From the NCBI GenBank assembly GCA_002269645.1, contig NIVC01001004.1, positions 72,382-136,381 on the forward strand: a stretch of 64,000 nt of DNA. The letters are read 5' to 3'. Position 1 is the stretch's first letter. Every line of letters starts with the position of its first letter. The translations under genes were made by a program, and so were the position numbers. Of the stretch, positions 24,301 to 37,224 are shown piece after piece. Source of the stretch: Macrostomum lignano. Its lineage: Eukaryota. The notes beneath the pieces were generated by a model. The model saw nothing but the letters and a program-made list of their open reading frames with translations. It was not told the origin of the DNA and did no database searches.

Positions 24301-26525
24301 TCCCCCAGACAGCAAGCATCCCCAGACAGCAAGCATCCCCAGACAGCAAGCATCCCCAAGACAGCAAGCATCCCCAAGACAGCAAGCATCCCCAGACAGC
24401 AAGCATCCCCCAGACAGCAAGCATCCCCCAGACAGCAAGCATCCCCCAGACAGCAAGCATCCCCCAGACAGCAAGCATCCCCCAGACAGCAAGCATCCCC
24501 AAGACAGCAAGCATCCCCAAGACAGCAAGCATCCCCAAGACAGCAAGCATCCCCAGACAGCAAGCATCCCCCAGACAGCAAGCATCCCCCAGACAGCAAG
24601 CATCCCCCAGACAGCAAGCATCCCCCAGACAGCAAGCATCCCCCAGACAGCAAGCATCCCCCAGACAGCAAGCATCCCCCAGACAGCAAGCATCCCCAAG
24701 ACAGCAAGCATCCCCCAGACAGCAAGCATCCCCCAGACAGCAAGCATCCCCCAGACAGCAAGCATCCCCCAGACAGCAAGCATCCCCCAGACAGCAAGCA
24801 TCCCCAAGACAGCAAGCATCCCCAGACAGCAAGCATCCCCAGACAGCAAGCATCCCCAAGACAGCAAGCATCCCCAAGACAGCAAGCATCCCCAATACAG
24901 CAAGCATCCCCCAGACAGCAAGCATCCCCCAGACAGCAAGCATCCCCAGACAGCAAGCATCCCCCAGACAGCAAGCATCCCCCAGACAGCAAGCATCCCC
25001 AGACAGCAAGCATCCCCAGACAGCAAGCATCCCCCAGACAGCAAGCATCCCCAATACAGCAAGCATCCCCAGACAGCAAGCATCCCCCAGACAGCAAGCA
25101 TCCCCAAGACAGCAAGCATCCCCCAGACAGCAAGCATCCCCCAGACAGCAAGCATCCCCAAGACAGCAAGCATCCCCAGACAGCAAGCATCCCCCAGACA
25201 GCAAGCATCCCCAAGACAGCAAGCATCCCCCAGACAGCAAGCATCCCCCAGACAGCAAGCATCCCCCACACAGCAAGCATCCCCCAGACAGCAAGCATCC
25301 CCCAGACAGCAAGCATCCCCAAGACAGCAAGCATCCCCCAGACAGCAAGCATCCCCCAGACAGCAAGCATCCCCCACACAGCAAGCATCCCCCAGACAGC
25401 AAGCATCCCCCAGACAGCAAGCATCCCCAGACAGCAAGCATCCCCCAGACAGCAAGCATCCCCCAGACAGCAAGCATCCCCCAGACAGCAAGCATCCCCC
25501 AGACAGCAAGCATCCCCAAGACAGCAAGCATCCCCCAGACAGCAAGCATCCCCAAGACAGCAAGCATCCCCAAGACAGCAAGCATCCCCAAGACAGCAAG
25601 CATCCCCAGACAGCAAGCATCCCCAAGACAGCAAGCATCCCCCAGACAGCAAGCATCCCCCAGACAGCAAGCATCCCCCAGACAGCAAGCATCCCCCAGA
25701 CAGCAAGCATCCCCCAGACAGCAAGCATCCCCCAGACAGCAAGCATCCCCAAGACAGCAAGCATCCCCAGACAGCAAGCATCCCCAGACAGCAAGCATCC
25801 CCCAGACAGCAAGCATCCCCCAGACAGCAAGCATCCCCCAGACAGCAAGCATCCCCAAGACAGCAAGCATCCCCCAGACAGCAAGCATCCCCCAGACAGC
25901 AAGCATCCCCAAGACAGCAAGCATCCCCAAGACAGCAAGCATCCCCAATACAGCAAGCATCCCCCAGACAGCAAGCATCCCCCAGACAGCAAGCATCCCC
26001 AAGACAGCAAGCATCCCCCAGACAGCAAGCATCCCCCAGACAGCAAGCATCCCCAGACAGCAAGCATCCCCAGACAGCAAGCATCCCCAAGACAGCAAGC
26101 ATCCCCAATACAGCAAGCATCCCCCAGACAGCAAGCATCCCCCAGACAGCAAGCATCCCCAAGACAGCAAGCATCCCCCAGACAGCAAGCATCCCCCAGA
26201 CAGCAAGCATCCCCCACACAGCAAGCATCCCCCAGACAGCAAGCATCCCCCAGACAGCAAGCATCCCCAAGACAGCAAGCATCCCCCAGACAGCAAGCAT
26301 CCCCCAGACAGCAAGCATCCCCACACAGCAAGCATCCCCCAGACAGCAAGCATCCCCAGACAGCAAGCATCCCCAAGACAGCAAGCATCCCCAGACAGCA
26401 AGCATCCCCAGACAGCAAGCATCCCCCACACAGCAAGCATCCCCCAGACAGCAAGCATCCCCCAGACAGCAAGCATCCCCAAGACAGCAAGCATCCCCCA
26501 GACAGCAAGCATCCCCCAGACAGCA
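21327..26525. repeat. 18-bp satellite array, right block, about 290 units, same orientation as the left block
   Basis: Same unit as 1-6264. The variant-rich pattern lasts to about 23,000, followed by a simpler mix of CCCCCAGAC/CCCCAAGAC/CCCCAGAC units. Confidence 0.98.
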
Positions 26526-28475
26526 TTTGCCCGCCGGTTCGACTTTCGTTACGTCGTTGTTGCTTCGCAAGTCTACTATTCTGTGATTTAGGTTAATTCA
26601 ACGGATGAATTGTTCGTATAGTCGTATAGATTTATTCTTATTCTATCATTATTCGTATAGATTTAATATATTACGAATACGAATATAAAGAAACGAAGGA
26701 TCAAACAAATATGTTTTTAGTCTATGGCCCTGAGTCATAGTTGGCTCTGACTGCCAGCAAAAATGCACTGAAAGCATTAGAAAAAAGCAGGTTTTCTCAA
26801 ATTTAAAGGGCCATCTTTGTGAATATCAAGAATCAAAATAGTCATGCATAGTCCCGTAAAAACTTCCAATCAAAATGGTGCAAGTTTGATAAATTTTGGT
26901 CCAACAGTCTAGGAGGAGTATTGAAATACCTACAATATGGTTTTCATCTTTAGTATTAAGAAGATTGTTGTGTAAAGACTGCATGAAATATTCATTTAGT
27001 TAAAACGGTAAAATGTATTCGACAGATATTTATTGATTATTTTCTTAGCGTATTTTCCTCGTATTTCTACTGCCAGTAGGATATTAAATTAAAGTAGTGT
27101 AATAAGTTAGAATAGGTATTTTTTAATTAGTGTACGTTGTATTTTACTTTCTCGGTCACTTAGTTTTATACAAGGACTACTAGACTACTATACTAGGAAG
27201 TGTTCCTATAGTGGTCCTTGGTTTTATATACGATAATTCGTGGCGTGTGGCGGGTCCAGCCAAGTCGTGTACGTATCATTCATTATACGAGCGCAAATTG
27301 GAGCTCTCTCTATAGCTCACTTACCCTAGCTTTTATTTTATCAATTGCAGCTACAATACACAAACATACATATGTATCTAAGAATCTCTTTGTTAAATTT
27401 TACGATTACATGTACATGTACTTTAGTGAGTTACCTATACATGTAGCTGTTTGAATTAAAACCAGTACAATATTATTGAGATATTGTACTGGTTGAGATC
27501 GGCTTTTGCACTAGCCCTAAAATCTGAATCCTTTTCGGCGCAGAGCTGCTGTTAATTATTGCGTTTGTTTTGTGGAAAAGCAATTGTCTAATTTGGCCTA
27601 AGCGTATGAAAATGTCTAATTGCACACCTGTGTATTGCATATATATACAAGGTATCATCCTGGCACTTATGGCAATTAGTTAACACATACTACGTCGGAT
27701 TGCTGCAACGCTTAATTACATGTACAGTACCTACGGATCTGTATTAACTTAATTTATTCCAGCAATCACTCCCCGCAACGTACATTTGGCATTTGCTCCA
27801 TGTGTTAATTTCATCACGTGACTGCCTTGCCTCGTTTATTACCCGCATCTATCCACCGCTCCTTATCTTCTTTGCTGAAAATGTATAGATCGAATGATAT
27901 ACATGTACATGTACGTCCGTATAACTAAGCAAAATACAGCTACAGTATAATGAGCTATATATGCCCCAGCCACGAATGGGTATTCAAGACGCCCCTTCAC
28001 AGCATGCATGGCGCTTCCTCTAAGGTATAATATCATATGCCCCTATTTACAGTCTTTGCTGTGTCCCGATAAGGCAATAACTAAAACTAAACGAAAAGTA
28101 ATCATGATTATATGCATGATTTTATTTGTAGAGCAATAAATGGTCGAAAAAGGAATTCAAAGTAATATAAATATCATAGTTCGCTTTGAAAATACAGTAC
28201 TTAATTGCGAATGTTTTAAGAAAGCGTAATACTGAGCAAGAGAATTTAGGATATTTGTTTTTCTAGTCTAATCTATATTTCTAGGAAAACGTGAGTAGTG
28301 CGACGTCCTACCCCCGCCCGCCCCCCCCCCCCCCGCCTGAACAACTCAAACTTGATTTTTCGAGTTGTTTTGTGCTTTGTGCTAGCTAAAGAACAAACAA
28401 TACTCATTTAAAATAAAGGTTGGAGATTTATACAAACAAATTAATTTTAATTCTTCAAAACCTGAAGAGTCAAAA

Positions 28476-31400
28476 ATGAAATCCGAAGAAATTGAAGAAG
28501 CAAGGGAAAACATTGCAACCCTGTTACGTGGAATTGATAGGTAGGCCTAGTACTTGCTATTATTTCATATTTTGTGAGCAAAATGTTTCTGATAATCTTT
28601 TACTGCGTGTGTCACTGTCACCCTGTGCTGAAAATTTCTGCTAGACCTTCGCTGTGTGCACCAATTTGTAGGCCCTATACTGGCTATACACCTTACTGTT
28701 TTTATGTACCAGAATTTTCCACCATAATGTAATGTACAAGTACACCTTTCTGAGTGTGGCTTATAGCAGAGGCCTGCCTACCCTATACATTGTCTAGATC
28801 ATGGTATGCATATGGTAGAATTAAAAATCTAATTTTTGATTCTATGCAAACAATAAAAGGTAGCACTGCTCATTTAGCTAGCATAAGTTTGCTACTTTTT
28901 AGCCAGCACTGGTCAAATAATAAACCCATCAATATTTAGCTGGTAGTCCTGAGCCATTGCCAGTCCAATAAACCTGTCACTATTTAGCCAGCAATCAAGT
29001 CCTACCAATTGCTGATCAAATAAACCTGTCACTATTTAGCCATTAGTATTGCCCTACTGCCAGTCAAATAATTAAACCCATCAATATTTAGAAGCAGTCT
29101 TGCCTCATTGCCAGTCAATTTTAGTCAAATAGGCTCGTCAAAAATAAGCTTAAATTATAAAATTTTCATATTGGATATTAAAAATATATTTTGAGGTTTT
29201 CTTGATACAGGTATATTATTACAATGACTATTGTATAAACTTTATATACAGTAGTCCTTGTTAAGGTGTTGAGCAAAGGCCATAGTTTTTTTGCTTTAAT
29301 AAATAATTTCAAATAATAATAAATTGAAAATATAATGCATCAATTTTGAATTTATTTCTCTGTATCTAGATGCTACAAATTATTTATTATCTAGAATATT
29401 TAAGGCCACTCTGAAAAGAATTAAACAAAAAGGCAAGTAATAAAATTAGACTAATTGTATCTTTTATGACTATCAGCTGCTACAATGTACTTAATAATTT
29501 GTTAGCAGTGGGCATATGTCTAAGCCATAATTGAAGGCAGTAGAATTCACCAAATTTATTGGTGCAAATTAGCCATTTGTCCGGCATACTCTGCACATTT
29601 GGTACAAAAAAATGACAGCTTGCAACTTGGCGCAGTTGGTGCATGGGATAGATTCCTTTGATCAATAAATAATAATATAATCAAGTAGCCTTCACTATAG
29701 GCTTGTATATTTTTTGTATTTTCGAATATTTTGTTGTTAAAATTATAGTAACTGTAACAATAATCATTTATTTACCTAAAACAATTTTATGGAACATTTA
29801 CAAAAATTGTTATTTTTTTATGAACATTAAAGACTGCTCAAAGTTCAAAGTCAAATTTCCATTTATTATTTGATGTTTGCCATTTGCTATCTTATTGCTA
29901 AATCATCATTGTTATAATATTATAAACAACATTTTTAACTATTCCAAGCACTGGCGCATGGTGCAAGGAAAAAAATTGCTTTGGCGCATGGTGCATTAGA
30001 AAAAAAATAGGAGAAATTCATTCTGGCACACATGGTGCACCTTCTTGACTATGGAGCATAAGTAGGACTACCGGATAAATAGTGATAGGTTTATTTGACC
30101 AGCAGTGGTCGGGACTGCTAGCTAGATAGTGATAGGTTTATTTGACCAGTGCTAGCTAAATAGTAACAAACTTATTTGACCAATGCTGGCAAAATAAGCA
30201 TTGCCATAAAAATTGTTAATAAAAAGTTGCTTGTATGTCTTTGTTAACTTTTTTTACTACAATATAATCTTTTAAAAATAATATAATAACAAAATGAATC
30301 ATAAATTCAGTGTTCAGCAATTTTTTGTTTTATTCTGTCTCTATATGTTATATACTGTTTAAATTTTAGTTTAGGCCCAATTTCTGTTGATTTACAAAAA
30401 TATCTTTTTGGTCAAAATTTGGCTATATATAGGCTATATTAAACTTCAATATGGTCATTTTTATGGCCTATGCCAATATTATATAGGCCCTACAAAGTTT
30501 AGACCTAAAAATTAATATATGCCAAGACTCAAGAGTCATTAAAAGGCCATAGTTCAGAAGGCAACATATATGCCATGATTTCCCAGCATACAAGGGTCTT
30601 ACCATTTTTTAGTATATACGAGGGGTGATCAAAAAGTTCTGCAAGTGACCTCACAACTCTGTGCTACAGCAGCCGAGGCGTCTAATCAGTGTCACATTCC
30701 CTCAAAGTACTTTCCACCACTATCTATGCACCGTCGCATCCGTGTGCACCATGTCTGAAAGCAGTCCTGGTACTCCGAAGTTGGTATACCCTGTAGAGCT
30801 GAATGTACCACTTGGGCAAGGTCTTGCATGCGTGAAAACGGCCTCCCAGAAATGACGGATTTGATCCTCGGGAACAGCCAAAAGTCGCAAGGTGCTAGGT
30901 CTAGAGAGTAGGGTGGATGGGGCAGCAGCCGGACCCCCTGCTGCTCCAGGTACGCCATGGTTGATGCCGCTCTGTGCGGTGCCACATTGTCATGGTGCAG
31001 CAGGAGTCGAGGTCCATGCCTGGTTCGCGCACGTTCCTGCCGCTCCTGCAGCACGCCTAGCAGAACAGTGTCTGTGTAGTACCTGGCAGTCACTGTGGCA
31101 CCCGCTGGAAGGATGTTCACCGATACAACACCCTGAGAGTTGAAAAAATGGTGAACATCCGCTTCTGACTGCGGAATCCGGTCTTCAGCACCTCAGGCCT
31201 TGGCTCATCTTCTGCCAGCCAGACCATGTTGGACTGTTTATCCTTCATGGTAAAAGAAGGAGATCCAACATTCGTCTCTTGTGATGACATCCGACAGTTG
31301 TCGTGGGCCGTGGGGCTCAAACATTTGTAGCCACAAGCGACAGATGCGCCCCCTCTCTGCTTGCTGCTCCGGAGTGAGAAGATGGGGTACCCACCGAGCG

Positions 31401-34400
31401 CAGGTCTTTGTGCGGCTTAGTTGCCCATGCATGATGTTATGAGCACTTCCATAGCTTGACACCAAGCTCATAGGCAATGAATCTTAGCATAATGCTCCAA
31501 TCCTCACGAATTATTGCATCGGCATGGGCCACGACATCTTCGGTCACAGATGTCCGGGGTCGGCCAGACCTCGGTTCATAGTTGAAGCTGTCCCAGCCTT
31601 CCAAGAAATGGCGCAGCCAGCGGGCAACCGTGTCAAATGATGGAGCAGAGTCAGCTAAAACATTCACCAGATTGGTGTGAATCTCAGTCACTTTGCAACC
31701 AAGTTGCATGCACATAAAGATATAGAAGCGAACACTGTCTTTTGATGTTTCCATCAGCTACTGAAAACACATGGAAAATATATGGCTGTGAAATTTTACT
31801 GGAGCACATTTGGAAGCCAAAAATGCATATAAATATAGCAAACAGATACAGCCGCATATGTGTAAGTTTTTGGCTTTTGCCGATTCTATAACTAAAAGCT
31901 ATAACAAAAGGTTGCAGAACTTTTTGATCACCCCTCGTATTAGAGTATGTCCTGGCATACATGACACAGCAGATACATTGTGTCAAATGACAATTTTTTG
32001 TATTGGCTCATAAACCTGGCATACAAGTGAGGTCTCGTCATTTTTTTGACATTAAACCTAGTGTACACTAATACACAATCCAAACTATGGTTAAAAGGCA
32101 AAAATATGCTAGAATTTCTGGCATGAAAACCATATTTTAGATTATGGCTTGTATTTAAGTACTTAGTACCTAGCTTAATAAGATATAAATATAATGCTTA
32201 GTATAACTTAATGATATTTTGATATAAGAGGCCTAGCTTAGTACTTTCAATTCAAGTTATGTTTATCCTTTACTATTTTTAGACTTAGATAGCTTAGCTT
32301 GTATAAAAGCTTCTTCCCTTCTAGCCTTTAAAAACATTGACATTTATTATGATGCTTTTAGGCTCTATAAAGTCCTATATAGGCAAATAGCCAGTTAAAT
32401 GATGAATATTAAATAATAGTTGTCTATGTTGTATGAAATTATAGTTAAGTTTATTTGAATATCTATAGACAATCCTAAACAGTTGAAATGAATTGTTCAT
32501 AATATTTGTATAGGGCCTAGGGCCTATATAAAAGTAAAATAGGATCTTGATCCTAATAAACTTGATTTCTTAGTTTATAATTGTAAGTATTTCTAGTTTA
32601 GTTTGGTATCTTTAATATTTATTATAGCCAACCTAGCCATTCAGTTGCTCAAGAAATTTCTATTTCATACTCTTCCTTGTGAGTTTTCATTTAAAAAGCA
32701 GTGCAAACTGTGATCTCATTAAGTTATTCAAGCTGATTTTACCAAAGTTTATTTAAATATGAAAAATTATTTAAAAAAACATTTACCATATATATACAAC
32801 TCTAGGTATAATCCTGGCAATATAGAACATCTGGAGAAGTACATTGAACTGCAAGTAACCGAGAATGTCTACGACTGCGAGGCCAACCTGGCTGTGCTGA
32901 AGCTGTGAGTTATTTTTGCACACAAGCCCCAAATTAATTTTGTCATGTGCTTACTTTTATGTACTCATGTACTTAGGAGTGTTCAAATAAAAAATCGCCA
33001 ATTGTAACAGTCCCATAGTGGCGAACTTAATGTAAATTTCAAAAAGCACACTTTAAGTGACATTGTCACACAACTGGGCGAGAGGCATAACTGCCTATTC
33101 CGCCGACTCCCCTGAGCAGGCACACAAGCGCGCGGATACGTACGCAGGCACACACTCACACAGGAGTGTACAGCGGCCCTAACTTTTTTTATCGTTAGGC
33201 ATGTACACTTCACTGTGCCTTGGAGGTTGGCCCTCAATGGCGTTAATTGCACGAGCAGAGCCAAGCCGAGATTCCAATTTAGCCCCAAATATTAATGTGA
33301 CTGCACTTGGAATCGAGCCTGGGCCGCTGGCACATCGGAGCGCCGCACTAGACAGAGATAGGGCGCCAGCTAGAGGGGGCGCCAGCTACAGAAGAGGCGC
33401 CAGCTATAGAGGGAGTGCTGGCTACAGTGTGGGGACGCCAGCTACATAGGGGGGCGCCAGCTACAGAAGAGGCGCCAGCTATAGAGGGAGTGCCGGCTAC
33501 AGTGGGGACGCCAGCTACATAGGGAGGCGCCAGCTACAGAGAGGGCGCCAGCTACAGAGTGGGCGCCAGCTACAGTGGGGACGCCAGCTACATAGGGAGG
33601 CGCCAGCTACAGAGAGGGCGCCAGCTACAGAGTGGGCGCCAGCTACAGTGGGGGCGCCAGCTACAGAGAGGGCGCCAGATACAGAGTGGGCGCCAGCTAC
33701 AGAGGGGGCGCCAGCTACAGAGTGGGCGCCAGCTACAGTGGGGGCGCCAGCTACAGAGGGGGCGCCAGCTACAGAGTGGGCGCCAGCTACAGTGGGGGCG
33801 CCAGCTACAGAGAGGGCGCCAGATACAGAGGGCGCCTTTGTAGCTAGAGCACAAATGTAACAACTCGTGCACATTATTCCATTCGGTATTTAATAGCCTA
33901 CTATAAGTAGAGTAGATAAAGTTTTTTGTTTGTGAAAGTCTTAATTTCAGTCTCGAACTGTCTATTTCTTTGCAGCTACCAGTTCAACCCGTCTCACTAC
34001 CAGACCAACGTGACCATCAAGATCCTGTTGAAGGCCATCGCCAACCTGCCGCACCCGGACTTCTCGCTGTGCAAGTACCTCATCGAGCCAGACAAACTGC
34101 GTGAGGAGCCGCTAAGCAGCGTCGTCGCCCTTGGCAACCAGCTGGAGACGTGCGATTTCGAAGAATTCTGGCAAAATCTGGCCTCTACTAAAAGTAGCAT
34201 ACCAGCAATCGGCTCAGTGATGGGATTCACCGATTCTGTGCGCAAATTCATCTGTCACGTGGTAGGCATCAGCTATCAGAAGATTAAAACGGATCAGCTG
34301 TGCCGGATTCTCGACATCAAGCGCGACCAGCTGGCCGTGTACCTGGAAGAGTACGGCTGGAAGCTGGTCCCAGACGACCCCAGTCACGTGTTCGTGTTTA

Positions 34401-34519
34401 ACTATGAGGAGACGATCAAGACTAGGAATATTAGCGAGAAGATCGGCTTTCCGCAGGTGAAGCAGTTGGCTCCGGTGCTGCAGAATGCCGCCAGCGACTG
34501 TCACAAGAGAGCCAAGTGA
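28476..34519 (+). CDS. eif3k: Eukaryotic translation initiation factor 3 subunit K, join(28476-28540, 32806-32904, 33976-34519), 235 aa
   Basis: The spliced product reads [22 protein letters not shown]|[12 protein letters not shown]...EANLAVLKL|YQFNP...LETCDF...[18 protein letters not shown]...EKIGF. This matches eIF3k/PCI motifs from memory. Both introns are GT-AG and phase 2, and the 708-nt frame is open. Confidence 0.96.
28861..30207. mobile_element. Fold-back/MITE-like segment bounded by degenerate, internally repetitive inverted repeats (eIF3k intron 1)
   Basis: Around 29010, TTGCTGATCAAATAAACCTGTCACTATTT matches the reverse complement of 30076-30104. The outer segments 28861-28909 and 30150-30207 also pair imperfectly. 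No TSD or ORF was identified. Confidence 0.5.
30619..31937 (-). mobile_element. Mariner DNA transposon, 1,319 bp, probably irritans (Hsmar2-like) subfamily
   Basis: Perfect 26-bp TIRs CGAGGGGTGATCAAAAAGTTCTGCAA. TA duplication at 30617-30618 and 31938-31939. The subfamily call rests on recalled TIR similarity. Confidence 0.95.
30692..31754 (-). pseudogene. Mariner D,D34D transposase broken by three single-base frameshifts (about 353 aa if repaired)
   Basis: The motifs [27 protein letters not shown] and [10 protein letters not shown] are spread over four ORF-track frames. There are 34 residues between the second and third D. The shifts are near 31458, 31252 and 31145. Confidence 0.9.
33361..33836. 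repeat. 17-19-bp GGCGCC-core minisatellite (GGGGGCGCCAGCTACAGA)n in eIF3k intron 2
   Basis: Read directly. Confidence 0.95.
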
Positions 34520-34746
34520 GCGAGGATTGACTGCTAGATTGAGACACTCTTCTGTTCATGTATTTGTTCTTGTTGAAATGGGGAAATACATGGCATTCGC
34601 TTTAGCTGCTTAGTTAATTGGTAAATCTGTGACAGTTGAAGAAGTGCTTGTTTTTCATGCTGACTTGCTTATTTGGTGGCTTAGCGTTTGCTATGCACTA
34701 CTGAAAGTAGCTAAAAAGGTCGACTAAATTCAACAGGTTTCATTGA

Positions 34747-34752
34747 AATAAA
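34747..34752 (+). promoter_or_regulatory. Candidate polyadenylation signal AATAAA for eIF3k
   Basis: First canonical hexamer seen after the stop codon, about 230 nt downstream. Confidence 0.5.
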
Positions 34753-34774
34753 TTGGCGGTTGCTAAGCTCTAAA

Positions 34775-35465
34775 AATTCAGATTGTATAATTAATTTTTA
34801 TCAAAGACTCAAATTATTCAGATTGTATAATTAGCTAAGACTCCAAATCATTCAGATTGTATAATTTGCTAAGACTCCAAATCATTCAGATTGTATAATT
34901 AGCTAAGACTCCAAATCATTCAGATTGTATAATTAGCTAAGACTCCAAATCATTCAGATTGTATAATTAGCTAAGACTCCAAATCATTCAGATTGTTTAA
35001 TTAGCTAAGACCCCCATCATTCAGATGTATAATTAGCCAAGACTCCAATCATTCAGATTGTTTAATTAGCTAAGACCCCCATCATTCAGATGTATAATTA
35101 GCCAAGACTCCAATCATTCAGATTGTTTAATTAGCTAAGACCCCCATCATTCAGATGTATAATTAGCCAAGACTCCAATCATTCAGATGTATAATTAGCT
35201 AAGACTCCAAATCATTCAGATTGTTTAATTAGCTAAGACCCCCATCATTCAGATGTATAATTAGCCAAGACTCCAATCATTCAGATTGTTTAATTAGCTA
35301 AGACCCCCATCATTCAGATGTATAATTAGCCAAGACTCCAATCATTCAGATTGTTTAATTAGCTAAGACCCCCATCATTCAGATGTATAATTAGCCAAGA
35401 CTCCAATCATTCAGATTGTTTAATTAGCTAAGACCCCCATCATTCAGATGTATAATTAGCTAAGT
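34775..35465. repeat. 32-34-bp minisatellite (TCATTCAGATTGTATAATTAGCTAAGACTCCAAA)n, about 20 units, ending as an alternating 33+32-bp dimer
   Basis: Read directly. Confidence 0.93.
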
Positions 35466-36032
35466 ACAATATTTTTCTGTTTGAATTTAAAGTACCTACA
35501 GGTAAAGTCTGCAGTAGTTTAAGTACGCTCAAATTAGAATGCTCAACAAGCGCGTGCGTCATGACTGGTTGGAAAGAAAAGTTTATTTAAACAAAAAGTG
35601 CGAGCAGTGTGGAACTAGCATGGCGCGACAAACTCCATCTGTCGGACCATTTTGCTTGCCTATTGAGAGCAGTGCTCATGCTTTGTAAAGGGTTTTATAT
35701 TCCGACGAGTAACCTGCACTGCTCTCTTTTGTTGGGGTCTTTTGATATTTCTTTCAAAGTATTATCTTACTCGCGCAAAACCAAAATTAAGAGCGTATTT
35801 CTCAGCCATTGCTATTCTTGAAGGAATATGATGAGAAGCGATGGCGTGCAGTCCACACTGTCTTTATAGGTGTGTAGCTGTCTTATCACCTGACTGCCCA
35901 GGCATCAAAGTAACGGTATAAACTAGTATGAGCTGAAATTTTTTAGTACAGCTCTACCGCTGCAGATGCTGTTTTTCATGTCCACCTCATCATCATTCCA
36001 AGCTAAGATTGTGTAGCTGGATTGTCTAGCCT

Positions 36033-36790
36033 CTCTGTAGCTGGCGCCCCCTCTGTAGCTGGCGCACCCTTGTAGCTGGTGCACCCTCTGTAGCTGGCGC
36101 CCCCTCTGTAGCTGGCGCACCCTTGTAGCTGGTGCACCCTCTGTAGCTGGCGCCCCCTCTGTAGCTGGCGCACCCTTGTAGCTGGTGCACCCTCTGTAGC
36201 TGGCGCCCCCTCTGTAGCTGGCGCACCCTCTGTAGCTGGCGCCCCCTTTGTAGCTGGCGCCTTCTCTCTGTAGCTGGCGCACCCTCTGTAGCTGGCGCAC
36301 CCTTTGTAGCTGGCGCCTTCTCTCTGTAGCTGGCGCACCCTCTGTAGCTGGCGCCCCCTCTGTAGCTGGCGCACCCTCTGTAGCTGGCGCCCCCTCTGTA
36401 GCTGGCGCTCCCTCTGTAGCTGGCGCCCCCTCTGTAGCTGGCGCCTTCTCTCTGTAGCTGGCGCCCTCTCTGTAGCTGGCGCCCCCTCTCTGTAGCTGGC
36501 GCCCCCTCTGTAGCTGGCGCCCCCTCTGTAGCTGGCGCCCTCTCTGTAGCTGGCGCCCCCTCTCTGTAGCTGGCGCCCCCTCTGTAGCTGGCGCCTTCTC
36601 TCTGTAGCTGGCGCACCCTCTGTAGATGGCGCACCCTTTGTAGCTGGCGCCCCCTCTGTAGCTGGCGCCCCCTCTGTAGCTGGCGCCTTCTCTCTGTAGC
36701 TGGCGCACCCTCTGTAGATGGCGCACCCTTTGTAGCTGGCGCCCCCTTTGTAGCTGGCGCCCACTCTGTAGCTGGCGCCCTCTCTGTAGC
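36033..36790. repeat. GGCGCC-core minisatellite (CTCTGTAGCTGGCGCCCC)n, inverted relative to 33361-33836
   Basis: The unit is the reverse complement of the intron-2 unit. Confidence 0.95.
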
Positions 36791-37224
36791 AAGTGTAAAC
36801 AAGTCTCAGTGTTATTAGCTCACTCATTATTGTGATTTGGTTTACTGAACTTTCGGGCCACAAGATCTTGCATTGTCCAATAATAAGGTTTTTTTAAAAA
36901 GCAAGCTGCTTTTTCTATTCCCAGGCTTCGAAAGCAACGAAAAACCGTACATTCCTATTCATACATTCATAAATGAGACTGTACACGAGACTCGTGAAAA
37001 AACACGCTGCTATAGACAGGTGCAGATAAAGAAACACAGACAGACCGATAGACAGCCATGCAAAGATAAGGAAACTTCGTGTCGGATTGTCGGTCACTAT
37101 ACTCTGCAACAAGTTGAAGGTTCCTTCTCAAGTCGTTTCACTCTTATCGGATTAAACAATTTTATATATTCTGTAGTAATTTTCTAGGTAATTTTCTATT
37201 ATTCGATAACTGGACAGAGAATTA

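Noticed and set aside
97-26570. Giant - strand ORFs (up to 1,764 aa) of GDACCL/GMLAVW/GGCLLS repeats and + strand PDSKHP/QTASIP ORFs
   Set aside because: All frames are open because the 18-bp unit lacks stops, and the frames swap at every 17-bp variant. This is a translation artefact of the satellite.
26716-26966. Helentron/Lep1-like fragment (AAGTTTGATAAATTTTGGTCC...AGTATTAAGAAGATT)
   Set aside because: Only a loose recollected resemblance; no termini or second copy are visible in the window.
27400-28060. Possible small - strand exons upstream of eIF3k (e.g. KEDKERWIDA, reminiscent of a PH-domain end)
   Set aside because: The fragments are short and could not be chained into a consistent spliced frame.
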